From contig JBCCQH010000005.1 in NCBI GenBank assembly GCA_039024435.1, positions 29,433 through 93,432 of the forward strand: a stretch of 64,000 nucleotides of DNA, given 5' to 3'. The position numbers and the translations under genes were made by a program. Shown piece after piece: positions 55,533-64,000 of this stretch. The stretch is from Bacteroidota bacterium (GTDB taxonomy: Bacteria > Bacteroidota > Bacteroidia > J057 > JADKCL01). The notes under the pieces are model-generated. The model searched no databases and had not been told where the DNA came from. It saw nothing but the letters and a program-made list of their open reading frames with translations. The stretch's first letter is position 1, and each line of letters opens with the position of its first letter.

Positions 55533-56513
55533 ATGATCAAGATTGGCTTATTGGGAGTGGGACACTTGGGCAATATCCACCTGAAATTGCTCAAACAGAT
55601 CCCCGAATTCGAGATTGTCGGCATCTACGACGCAGACCCCGTGCGCGCCGCCGAAAAATCCGCCGAATATGAGGTCCAGGCGTGGGAAGACCCCATTGCC
55701 CTCATGGATGCCGTGGAGGCTGTGGATATCGTCACGCCCACCAGCACCCACCACGACCTCGCCAAGCAAGCCATGAAGCGCTTCAAGCACGTGTTCATCG
55801 AAAAGCCGGTCACCGCTACGGTAGAAGAGGCCCGGAAACTGATGGCCCTCGCCCGCGAGGCCGGCGTCAAGGTCCAGGTCGGCCACGTCGAGCGCTTCAA
55901 CCCCGCTTTCCTCGCCCTGCGCGGCAAAGACATCCAGCCCATGTTCATCGAAGCCCACCGCCTCGCCCAGTGGAATCCCCGGGGCACCGACGTTTCGGTC
56001 GTGCTCGATCTGATGATCCACGACATCGATGTCGTCCTCAGCGTGGTAAAATTTGGCGTCAAAAAAATCAGCGCCAGTGGCGTAGCTGTGGTCAGCGATA
56101 CCCCGGACATCGCCAATGCCCGCATCGAATTCGACAACGGCTGCGTGGCCAACCTGACCGCCAGCCGCATTTCCCTGAAAAACATGCGCAAGATGCGGAT
56201 CTTCCAGCGCAACGCGTATCTGTCGGTGGATTTCCTCGCCAAAAAGACCGAAATCCTCCACATCAACGACGCCGACGAACGGCCCGCCCCCGACGACCTC
56301 ATGTTTGAGTTCCAGGCCGGAGATCAGACCAAGTACCTCCGCATGGAACTCCCGCCGGTCGAAGCGGTCAACTCGATCAAGCTGGAGCTCGAAGAATTTG
56401 CCGAGGCGATCCGCACCGATTCCACTCCCCCCGTGACCCTCGATGAAGCGGTGGCTGCGCTCGACTGCGCCCACCTCATCGTAGAGAAAATCAACCAGTT
56501 ATGCATCGTCTGA
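55533..56513 (+). CDS. Gfo/Idh/MocA-family oxidoreductase
   Basis: 'IKIGLLGVGHLGNIH' Rossmann motif and 'VFIEKPV' motif. Confidence 0.88.
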   Translation: MIKIGLLGVGHLGNIHLKLLKQIPEFEIVGIYDADPVRAAEKSAEYEVQAWEDPIALMDAVEAVDIVTPTSTHHDLAKQAMKRFKHVFIEKPVTATVEEARKLMALAREAGVKVQVGHVERFNPAFLALRGKDIQPMFIEAHRLAQWNPRGTDVSVVLDLMIHDIDVVLSVVKFGVKKISASGVAVVSDTPDIANARIEFDNGCVANLTASRISLKNMRKMRIFQRNAYLSVDFLAKKTEILHINDADERPAPDDLMFEFQAGDQTKYLRMELPPVEAVNSIKLELEEFAEAIRTDSTPPVTLDEAVAALDCAHLIVEKINQLCIV

Positions 56514-57403
56514 TCACCTTAGTGACTTGTCTCTTTGCGATTTCCTTCAGTGGTTGTTCTCCGTTTGACCGGCCGGAGGACATCCCTGCCTACCTGGAAT
56601 TCCGCAATCCGCGGGTGATTCTGGACGACAACTCGACCTTTACCAGCAACATCGGCATCCGGGACGTCTGGCTCTACCAAGGTGGCTTCCTGCAAGGCAT
56701 ATATCCCGTCAATCCGGTCGAAGACAGCAACTGGGTCGCGATTCCGGTCATCAACCTGGAAAACAATGACTTTTTTATCGATGCCGGCATCCACGAAACC
56801 GGACAGTCGTCTTTTCACCTCCCCTACCCTTTCTGGGACCGGATCGAATTTACCCTGGACCTTACGCCGGGCGATACCTTTGTCGTGGAACCCGAAGTCC
56901 GTTATGTGGAAGAAGAACGCTATCTGGCGCCGGTCTACGAGCGATTTGATGGCGGTCTAATCGACCTCGTGCCGTTCAATTCCAGCCTCATCGAGCTTGA
57001 CAGCACCTTTGTGCGGCTCTCGACCACCGAAGTCTTTCGGGGCAATTCTTCGGGCTTTGTGAATTTCGGGCCGGATGATCGCTGGTTTGAAGCCATCAAC
57101 TCCACGCCTTTCCAATTGGACAAATCGAAAGACGTCTACCTCGAGATCACCTACAAAAACTCCGTTCCGCTGGAAGTCGGGCTGGTATACCAAAATATCA
57201 GCGGGCTATTTCCCGAATCGGTGGTGACCATCACCCCGAAAGAAGACTGGAACACGATTTACATTCACCTAATCGAACAGACGCGCAACATTTTGAACCT
57301 GAGTGGCGACATCGCCAACTTTTGGATTTGGTTGCGTGCCGACGGTGAAGGGAATGATGGCTATATTTACCTCGACGATATTCGACTCATTCGCGAGAGA
57401 TAG
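56501..57403 (+). CDS. Hypothetical lipoprotein
   Basis: 'LVTCLFAISFSGC' lipobox. Overlaps the upstream gene by 13 nt. Confidence 0.7.
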   Translation: MHRLITLVTCLFAISFSGCSPFDRPEDIPAYLEFRNPRVILDDNSTFTSNIGIRDVWLYQGGFLQGIYPVNPVEDSNWVAIPVINLENNDFFIDAGIHETGQSSFHLPYPFWDRIEFTLDLTPGDTFVVEPEVRYVEEERYLAPVYERFDGGLIDLVPFNSSLIELDSTFVRLSTTEVFRGNSSGFVNFGPDDRWFEAINSTPFQLDKSKDVYLEITYKNSVPLEVGLVYQNISGLFPESVVTITPKEDWNTIYIHLIEQTRNILNLSGDIANFWIWLRADGEGNDGYIYLDDIRLIRER

Positions 57404-57406
57404 ACC

Positions 57407-58813
57407 GTGAACCGCACCCTAAAGGCTCTTCAATATTTGCTGCTGGATCTGCTCGTTTCGTACGGAGCCTGGATGATCTTTTTCCTGATGCGGCGGTTCG
57501 TCTTTGAGAGCGATACCTTTGCCTACACCGACGAAAAGTTCTTCATGCAGTTGGTGCCGGCGACAATCATCTCCCTGTATTGGATCTTTTTGTACGCACT
57601 GGCGGGGCTGTACACCGATCCCTACCGGAAATCCCGCCTGCGGGAAATCATCCAGGTCTTTAAGTTTACGCTTGCGGGGGTGCTCTTCATCTTTTTCTTC
57701 ATTTTCCTAGACGATCCCATTCCCAATACTTCCTCCTACCGCTTTTACATCTACTACTTTTTGATCCAGTTCAGCGCGATCAGTGCAGTGCATTTCCTCA
57801 TTTCTACCAACACGAATTTGCGGCTGCGGAAACGCAAAATTGGTTTCCCCACCCTGATCATCGGCTGTGGCGAAGAAGCCTTTCGGGTCTGGCAGGAATT
57901 GGAAAATCGGAGTTGGTCTCTGGGCTTCAAGTTCACCGGCTTTCTGTCCTTGCCCGAAGCCAAAGACAACCGTTTCTACGGCAAACTCAAGCATTACGGT
58001 GAAATTGGTCGAATGCACGAAGTGATCAATGCCCGCGGCATCGAGGAAGTGATCATTGCCCTGGACAAAGAAGACAAGGACCGCATCATCGAGGTGGTGG
58101 ACTTGCTGGAAAGCACCCGCGCCCGCATCAAAATCGTCCCCGGAATCTACGACTACATCCTGGGCCGGGTCAAAACCACCCACCTACTCGGCTCGCCCCT
58201 CATCGAGATCAATCCCCGCATCCTTTCCAATACCGAGGTCTTCATCAAACGCACCTTTGACATCAGCGTGTCCCTGTTCATGCTGATCGTGCTCTCGCCG
58301 CTCTATCTCGTCCTCGCCATCGCCGTAAAATCCGACTCCAAAGGCCCGATTTTTTACCGGCAAGAACGCATTGGCAAGTGGGGCAAGCCCTTCCGCATCA
58401 TCAAATACCGCACCATGCGGACCGACGCCGAAAAGTTCGGGCCCGCCCTTTCCCAGGAGCGCGATCCTCGCATCACCAAAGTCGGCCGCATCCTGCGCAA
58501 GACCCGCCTCGACGAATTCCCCCAGTTCTGGAACGTCCTCAAGGGCGACATGAGCATCGTGGGACCGCGCCCCGAACGGGAATTTTTCATCGATCAGATC
58601 GTACAAACTGCCCCTCACTACCGGCATTTGCACCGGGTGCGCCCCGGCATCACGTCCTGGGGACAGGTCAAATACGGCTACGCTTCAAATGTCGAGGAAA
58701 TGATCGAGCGCATGACCTATGACATCCTCTACATCGAAAACATTTCCCTTTTCCTGGACGTGAAAATCCTGATCTACACCGTACTGGTCATGGTCGAAGG
58801 GCGCGGGAAATGA
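57407..58813 (+). CDS. Polyprenyl-phosphate sugar phosphotransferase (bacterial sugar transferase family)
   Basis: N-terminal TM segments, then 'KRTFDISVSLFMLIVLSPLYL', 'GPIFYRQERIG', 'DEFPQFWNVLKGDMSIVGPRPE'. GTG start. Confidence 0.9.
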   Translation: MNRTLKALQYLLLDLLVSYGAWMIFFLMRRFVFESDTFAYTDEKFFMQLVPATIISLYWIFLYALAGLYTDPYRKSRLREIIQVFKFTLAGVLFIFFFIFLDDPIPNTSSYRFYIYYFLIQFSAISAVHFLISTNTNLRLRKRKIGFPTLIIGCGEEAFRVWQELENRSWSLGFKFTGFLSLPEAKDNRFYGKLKHYGEIGRMHEVINARGIEEVIIALDKEDKDRIIEVVDLLESTRARIKIVPGIYDYILGRVKTTHLLGSPLIEINPRILSNTEVFIKRTFDISVSLFMLIVLSPLYLVLAIAVKSDSKGPIFYRQERIGKWGKPFRIIKYRTMRTDAEKFGPALSQERDPRITKVGRILRKTRLDEFPQFWNVLKGDMSIVGPRPEREFFIDQIVQTAPHYRHLHRVRPGITSWGQVKYGYASNVEEMIERMTYDILYIENISLFLDVKILIYTVLVMVEGRGK

Positions 58814-58927
58814 AATTCAGCCTCCGCCGCGCGGTGTTCAAATTGATAAATTTGAATGCGTCTACGGGAAGGATTTGGGTTGAGATCCCTTTTCGTCGAT
58901 TGTAGGCCGCGCGTTCACGACGGGCAA

Positions 58928-58978
58928 ATTGGAAATTGGAAATCGAGCAATTGGAAATTCTCCCGCCTGTGGGAAATT
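58928..58978. repeat. Cluster of ATTGGAAAT repeats (reverse complement ATTTCCAAT)
   Basis: ATTGGAAAT at 58928, 58935 and 58950, plus GGGAAATT at 58971. These lie at or just inside the uncertain 5' end of the GT2 gene. Confidence 0.4.
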
Positions 58979-60089
58979 CGTAATTTGCAGCGTGTTACTG
59001 TTCGCAGCATCCGCGTTGAGTTTGTTGCCCCTGGCATTCTTGGTGATGGGGCAATGGAGATTTGCCCGGCGGCGAGACCGGGGAGCCAACCCGGTTGCAT
59101 GCCCCCCCCTCTCAGTGGTAATTGCCGCAAAGGATGAAGCCCACAATCTTCCGGCGCTGCTCGATGCACTCCGGGACCAGGACTATCCCGCACCCTACGA
59201 GGTGATTCTGGTACTGGACCGCTGTCGCGACGATTCGGAAGTCATCGCTAGGGCCCGCCCCGATGGCCACCTGCGTGTACACACGATTTATGAACTGCCC
59301 GCTGGCTGGACGGGCAAAAAGTGGGCCCTCGAACAGGGCATTCAAGCAGCAAAATACCCCCACCTGGCCTTTACCGACGCCGATTGCCTTCCGGAAACAT
59401 CCTGGCTACACGGCTTGGGCAAACAATTTGCTCGGGGCTACGAAGTCGTCCTGGGACTCGGACTCTACCGCCGCCGAATCCACTTGCTGAATTACTTGGT
59501 CCAGTATGAGACCCATCTCACTGCGCTGACCTACCTGGGGTTGGCGTCCTGGGGCTATCCCTACATGGGCGTGGGCCGCAACCTCGGCTACACCCGAGAA
59601 TTTTACCAGCGGGCCGGCGGCATGACCCCCATTGCGGACCGGTTATCCGGGGATGACGACCTGCTGATTGACCGCCACGCCCGTACCGCGCGTACGGGCT
59701 GGATGACTGAACCGGGTACCCGCACCTGGTCGGAAGCACCGCCGGATTGGAAAAGCTGGTGGCACCAGAAAATCAGGCACTTGAGTGCCGGAACCAGCTA
59801 CCAGGTCCCAACCCAATTAATTTTGTTTGCCCTCAACGCCGCACTAGGAATATTTTACTTATCTTTAGGCATTGTTCTTTGTAGTAAATGGCCGCTGGAA
59901 GCGGAATTGTGGGGATTAATCATCCTGCGTTACGGTACGGGAAGTTGGCTTTTGACCCGAGGTTATCGGTTCAAATTGCCCCGGCAGATCGCACTTCTGA
60001 TCCCGCTGTTAGAGGTAATGTACCTGCTGTATCTTTTGATTCTGGTCCCGGCGAGCCTGATACTCAAACCTAAATGGAGAGGAAAATAA
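58929..60089 (+). CDS. Family-2 glycosyltransferase (membrane-anchored)
   Basis: 'LSVVIAAKDEAHNLPALLDAL', 'FTDADC' (DxD), C-terminal TM helices. The start is uncertain: TTG at 58929 or ATG at 59046. Confidence 0.85.
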   Translation: MEIGNRAIGNSPACGKFVICSVLLFAASALSLLPLAFLVMGQWRFARRRDRGANPVACPPLSVVIAAKDEAHNLPALLDALRDQDYPAPYEVILVLDRCRDDSEVIARARPDGHLRVHTIYELPAGWTGKKWALEQGIQAAKYPHLAFTDADCLPETSWLHGLGKQFARGYEVVLGLGLYRRRIHLLNYLVQYETHLTALTYLGLASWGYPYMGVGRNLGYTREFYQRAGGMTPIADRLSGDDDLLIDRHARTARTGWMTEPGTRTWSEAPPDWKSWWHQKIRHLSAGTSYQVPTQLILFALNAALGIFYLSLGIVLCSKWPLEAELWGLIILRYGTGSWLLTRGYRFKLPRQIALLIPLLEVMYLLYLLILVPASLILKPKWRGK

Positions 60090-60093
60090 TCTG

Positions 60094-60690
60094 ATGGGAG
60101 AAGCTTCCAAAAATACCCTGGACGACTTGGAACTCGTCAAACGGGCGAAGAAAAACGATCCCAAAGCGTACGAAAAGCTGTTGTCGAAGTACCGCAAGTC
60201 GGTCTACTACATGCTGCTAAAGATGGTCAACAATTCCGATGACGCGGAAGACTTGACCCAAGAAGCCTTTGCCAAAGCTTTCAATTCCCTCCACAAGTTT
60301 GATTCGAAATACGCCTTCTCCACCTGGCTATTTCGCATCGCCACCAACAATTGCATCGATTTTATCCGGAAAAAGCGCATCCAAACCGTCTCCATCGACA
60401 ATCCGTACGAAAACGACGATGGCGACTCGATGACCTTTGACATTCGGGATCCCAACCTGAATCCCAATGAGGTTATGCTGAAAAAGCAGCGCAAAGAATA
60501 CCTCAAAATGGCCGTTTCCAATCTGCCGGCCAAGTACAAGCGCTTAGTGGAGCTCCGCTATTTTCAGGAATTGTCCTACGAAGAAGTGGCCAAAGAATTG
60601 GAATTGCCCCTCGGTACGGTCAAAGCCCAGCTTTTCCGCGCCCGGGAATTGCTCTCTCAGGAACTAAAGCACATGCAAGACAAGATGTAA
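60094..60690 (+). CDS. ECF-type RNA polymerase sigma factor
   Basis: Region 2: 'DAEDLTQEAFAKAF', 'FSTWLFRIATNNCIDFIRKK'. Region 4: 'LSYEEVAKELELPLGTVKAQLFRARELL'. Confidence 0.9.
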   Translation: MGEASKNTLDDLELVKRAKKNDPKAYEKLLSKYRKSVYYMLLKMVNNSDDAEDLTQEAFAKAFNSLHKFDSKYAFSTWLFRIATNNCIDFIRKKRIQTVSIDNPYENDDGDSMTFDIRDPNLNPNEVMLKKQRKEYLKMAVSNLPAKYKRLVELRYFQELSYEEVAKELELPLGTVKAQLFRARELLSQELKHMQDKM

Positions 60691-60950
60691 TCGGGCTGAT
60701 CCAAGCCGCTGCATTGTACTCCCCCATTCATCCTCTGCTGCGCTAAGCTGCGCCATCCCAATCAGCCGTACGGTTCCAAATAGAATGCCGGTCACGGATA
60801 GTGATCCGATTAAAAATTGTGATCGCAACGGTATTCCATGGACTGCCGCTGTGACCCGAGTAACCCGGGTGCAATCTGCTTCCGCTAGGAGGCTATCTTT
60901 TCTTCCCAGACGCGCGGAAGTTTCCCAAGTTGGCGCAACCCATCTCCCGG

Positions 60951-60996
60951 AAAAAGATCCGGTAGCAAAATCGCAGAATTAAATTTAAACCGCCGC
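60951..60996 (+). repeat. Partial (3'-end only) copy of the MITE-like element
   Basis: 'AAAGATCCGGTAGCAAAATCGCAGAATTAAATTTAAACCGCCGC' matches the last ~45 bp of copies 1 and 2. Confidence 0.5.
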
Positions 60997-61058
60997 TCAA
61001 TGTTGTCCACGCCCTCATCAATAATTTGTATCTTGCGGCCTACCCTGACATACACGAC

Positions 61059-61553
61059 ATGATCACCATCGCTCCGCCGCAGGAAGAGGTCATCGGCCTG
61101 ACCGACGAAGACCGCAAACTGCTGAAAACGAAAATCGCCGCCTTTCGCAGGGTCGCCATTTATCTCCGCCTGATCGCTGCTGCACTCCTCGGCCTGATCA
61201 CCTGGCTGGTCGATGAATTCCTGGAAATCACCGACATGTATTACTTGTTCTTGTTCAGCTACGGGGTACTCTACCTCCTCACCGAATGGGCCTTTTTCAA
61301 ATTTTTCCGGGATCTAAAACGCGAAATCGCGCAAGACAAAAAAGTGGTTTGGCGCGGCACCCTCACCAAACGCTTCCGCCGCCGACCCGGTCCCGTCGAC
61401 GGTGAAGGCCCACGGGGATACATCTGGAAGGTAAGCGGCCGCGAATTCGTCCTGCAAAAAAATGAGTTCCCGACCGCCCAGACAGGTGCCTCCGTCGTGG
61501 TGGAACAACTGCCCCAGTCAAAAATCATCCTCCGGGCGCAGCCACTTACATAA
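61059..61553 (+). CDS. Hypothetical membrane protein (2 TM segments)
   Basis: ATG chosen at 61059 ('MITIAPPQEE'); the ORF is open from a TTG at 61026. Confidence 0.6.
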   Translation: MITIAPPQEEVIGLTDEDRKLLKTKIAAFRRVAIYLRLIAAALLGLITWLVDEFLEITDMYYLFLFSYGVLYLLTEWAFFKFFRDLKREIAQDKKVVWRGTLTKRFRRRPGPVDGEGPRGYIWKVSGREFVLQKNEFPTAQTGASVVVEQLPQSKIILRAQPLT

Positions 61554-62235
61554 GGACAATGCGCGTCACCTTGCTGTCCTCGGGAATCTCCGATATGTCG
61601 TAATCAAACCGGTCCGGCTGGTAATAGTCGCCGAGTGGTACGTGGAAAATCATCCGCTTATTCGAATAGGGCACCACCAGTTCCATCACCCCATACTCGG
61701 GAAAAGGACTCGGGATGACCTCATTGAATACTGCGACGATATCCTTCACTCGGCTGCCCACTTTCAGTCCGCTGGGATGCGCATACTGGTCCGTTTCGAT
61801 GCGGATGCGCCCGGTCAGGTGTGGATTTTCGAAGTCTTGCTCCAGGTATAACATCCCATCCGGGTAGGTGACCATCTTCACGAACCAGGCGACTGTGTCC
61901 AGTATGCCCCCTTCCGCTTCGCGAATTTCTTCAAACACCGTGTCTTTCACCATGGCCGCTTCGACGCTTGGCACGATATTGTTGTTCCATACCAATGAAT
62001 CGCCCAACTTTAAAAAATCCATCCCGCCGATGCAGAACTGTCCACTGCCCAGCCCGGAGCATTCCTCCGCGGCACTTTGAATATTTTTCAGGGAGACTTC
62101 ACCGGTTTCCTCCTCGGTCGTACCTTCTTTTTCCTTCGACGAACGCTTGCATCCGGTTACTGTGCCCATCAGAATCGACACGGCGATGAGGGCGAAAGCG
62201 ATTTTACTCAAGTGCTGTTTCATTGTCCTATCCAT
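61546..62235 (-). CDS. Hypothetical lipoprotein
   Basis: 'IAVSILMGTVTGC' lipobox. The start could be Met 1 or Met 5. Confidence 0.7.
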   Translation of the reverse strand: MDRTMKQHLSKIAFALIAVSILMGTVTGCKRSSKEKEGTTEEETGEVSLKNIQSAAEECSGLGSGQFCIGGMDFLKLGDSLVWNNNIVPSVEAAMVKDTVFEEIREAEGGILDTVAWFVKMVTYPDGMLYLEQDFENPHLTGRIRIETDQYAHPSGLKVGSRVKDIVAVFNEVIPSPFPEYGVMELVVPYSNKRMIFHVPLGDYYQPDRFDYDISEIPEDSKVTRIVLM

Positions 62236-62432
62236 TTGTCCGCATAATGCGCTACCCCTACAAAGTTACATCCCCCAAAGCGCGGGCGCAAAAATTCTCC
62301 CGAATGTCAATTCAACAACACACCCGGAAAAAATCACCGCCATGCATCTACCCGAAAGAACATTCGGGGAAAAAATAGTTACCTTATCAGAAGTGTTTTT
62401 GCTTCGCAATACAAAGAACATTCGTTGATCCC

Positions 62433-64000
62433 ATGAAAAAAAGCGCACTTTCATTGAGTACCCTGGTGGCCTTGCTGCTCGGGGTTATCTTGTTCCTGCC
62501 CGGGACCCTTACTGCACAGCAAGCGGTCCAGCAATCCGATGATATCCGGACCTATCCTCCCATCGAAATTCCCAAAGCCGGCGTCGTCGTTTTGGGTGAG
62601 CAAACGGAAGATTGGAATCCGTTTCTGAAAACCGTCCAAAAAGTGCATCGCCCCGGGATGAGTGCCCGCAAGGACGATTACCTGCGCCGCAAGGCCATCG
62701 CCAATGCCGAACGAGACGCCGTTCAGGGCCGAGGGGCCAGCGCCAAAACCAGCGCCACCGGGCCTGCTCCCGCCCAAGGCGTCAATTTTGTCGGGAACAA
62801 CCACAACGCCGACCCCGCCGACAACGCCCTCTCCATCGGCGCCGACGGCCGCATGATCAGCACCACCAACACGCTGGTCAATGTCTACGACTCCACCGGG
62901 TCACTGCTGACCACTTCCAGTTTGTTCAACTTCGCCCAGGGGGTCAACATCAGCTTTTTTACCTTCGATCCGGTGACGGTTTACGATCCCGTAGAAGACC
63001 GCTTCGTCGTCGTCTTCCTCTCCGGCAGCAACTCAAACTCGAGCCAAATCGTCGTGGCGTTCTCCCAGACGAACAACCCCGCCGGGTCCTGGAACGTCTA
63101 CACGATCCCCGGCCCCACGGTGAACTCTGACGAGTGGATTGACTACCCGCAGATCGGCCTCTCCACCGACGAATTGTTCATCAGCGGTAACCGCGCTTCC
63201 GATGGCTCCTCGAACATCGACCGAGGCAGCGTCATCTTCCAAGTCGACAAAAGCGACGGATATTCCGGAGCCTCCACCCTCACCACAGCTTTCCACGCCG
63301 TTGATGGGCGCGCTTCCCTGCACCCGGTAGAAGGTGGGCTCAACCTCTACGGCCCGCAGTTCTACTTCCTCCACACGAACACCAACAATGCCATCGATAT
63401 CTTCCGGATCTCGAATACCATCGCCAACAATGGCGTCCTGGACAACCCGGTGGTCCTCCCGCTGAACCTCAACTACCCCTTCCCGCCCAACGCGGACCAA
63501 GCAGGCAGCAATACCGACCTCGAAACGAATGATGTCCGTGTCCAGTCCTCCTACCTGGAAAATAGCCGCATCGAATTCGTCATGAACTCGGGCGACAATG
63601 GCATCCCGGCGATCTACCACGGAACGATCCAGGTCAATCCCATCCTGCTGTCGTTCTCCGCAGCCACCGGCCAGATGATCTCCTTCCCAGACTACCACAT
63701 CTCGTTTGGCGCCATCGCCTATGCCGGTTCTCAAGCGACCAGCGGGGAAAACCGCAGCTTTATTTCCTTCAACTACGCCGGTCCGACCCACCGCCCCGGA
63801 CACGCCGCCGTCTACGTCGACGAGACCGGTTTCAGCAACATCGGCATCTTGCGCACCGGCATCAATCCGATCACCGGTCCGGGCGTCCAGCGCTGGGGCG
63901 ATTACAGCGACGCCCAGGAACGTCCCGGTCGCCCAGGAGAAGTTTGGGTCTCCGGTACCTTTGGCAACCAAAGCTCGGTCCAGCGGACCTACATATCGCA
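62433..64000 (+). CDS. Secreted hypothetical protein, 3'-truncated by the window end
   Basis: Not in the supplied ORF track because no stop is reached. I translated the frame by hand from ATG 62433 ('MKKSALSLSTLVALLLGVILFLPGTLTAQQ...') and it stays open to nt 64000. The minus-strand ORF 63033-63971 is its shadow. Confidence 0.75.
   Translation, partial: MKKSALSLSTLVALLLGVILFLPGTLTAQQAVQQSDDIRTYPPIEIPKAGVVVLGEQTEDWNPFLKTVQKVHRPGMSARKDDYLRRKAIANAERDAVQGRGASAKTSATGPAPAQGVNFVGNNHNADPADNALSIGADGRMISTTNTLVNVYDSTGSLLTTSSLFNFAQGVNISFFTFDPVTVYDPVEDRFVVVFLSGSNSNSSQIVVAFSQTNNPAGSWNVYTIPGPTVNSDEWIDYPQIGLSTDELFISGNRASDGSSNIDRGSVIFQVDKSDGYSGASTLTTAFHAVDGRASLHPVEGGLNLYGPQFYFLHTNTNNAIDIFRISNTIANNGVLDNPVVLPLNLNYPFPPNADQAGSNTDLETNDVRVQSSYLENSRIEFVMNSGDNGIPAIYHGTIQVNPILLSFSAATGQMISFPDYHISFGAIAYAGSQATSGENRSFISFNYAGPTHRPGHAAVYVDETGFSNIGILRTGINPITGPGVQRWGDYSDAQERPGRPGEVWVSGTFGNQSSVQRTYIS

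Overview
This 64-kb chromosomal window reads as a high-GC Bacteroidota genome. Supporting signs are a short 288-aa primary sigma factor, an SprB-repeat adhesin, several proteins ending in T9SS C-terminal sorting domains, and A/C-rich leaders without Shine-Dalgarno sequences. Finer taxonomy cannot be established from the sequence alone. About 45 protein genes are supportable. I found no rRNA, tRNA or CRISPR array.

The region 25-64 kb is mostly housekeeping and envelope metabolism. It includes ligA, dapA, a fused moaC-moaB, icd, lpxD, a BBE-type FAD oxidase, an MsbA-like ABC exporter and a small polysaccharide operon ending in an ECF sigma factor. It also holds two separate MbnP/MbnH-type loci (copper-protein plus di-haem peroxidase).

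The outstanding region is 6.6-24.1 kb. Five co-directional genes encode acidic proteins of 1477, 1061, 1018, 1551 and 628 aa with no obvious signal peptide or T9SS tag. Recognisable parts are LamG lectin modules, a phage tail-fibre C-terminal intramolecular-chaperone domain, an EEP (DNase I/sphingomyelinase-fold) catalytic motif set split by very large insertions, and a DUF6603-like beta-rich core. There are no phage, eCIS, Tc-toxin or secretion-system genes alongside, so I flag it as a candidate undescribed multi-component system.

Other notable items:
- A ~165-bp MITE-like element with terminal inverted repeats, present in 3.5 copies; one copy lies just upstream of the giant operon.
- A GC trough inside the operon.
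- An A9 tract inside the EEP gene.
- A frameshifted MORN/YwqK-repeat gene.
- A recurring AATTTCCAA intergenic motif.

No database or structure search could be run. Family names come from motif recognition by eye, and GC values are hand counts on sample lines.
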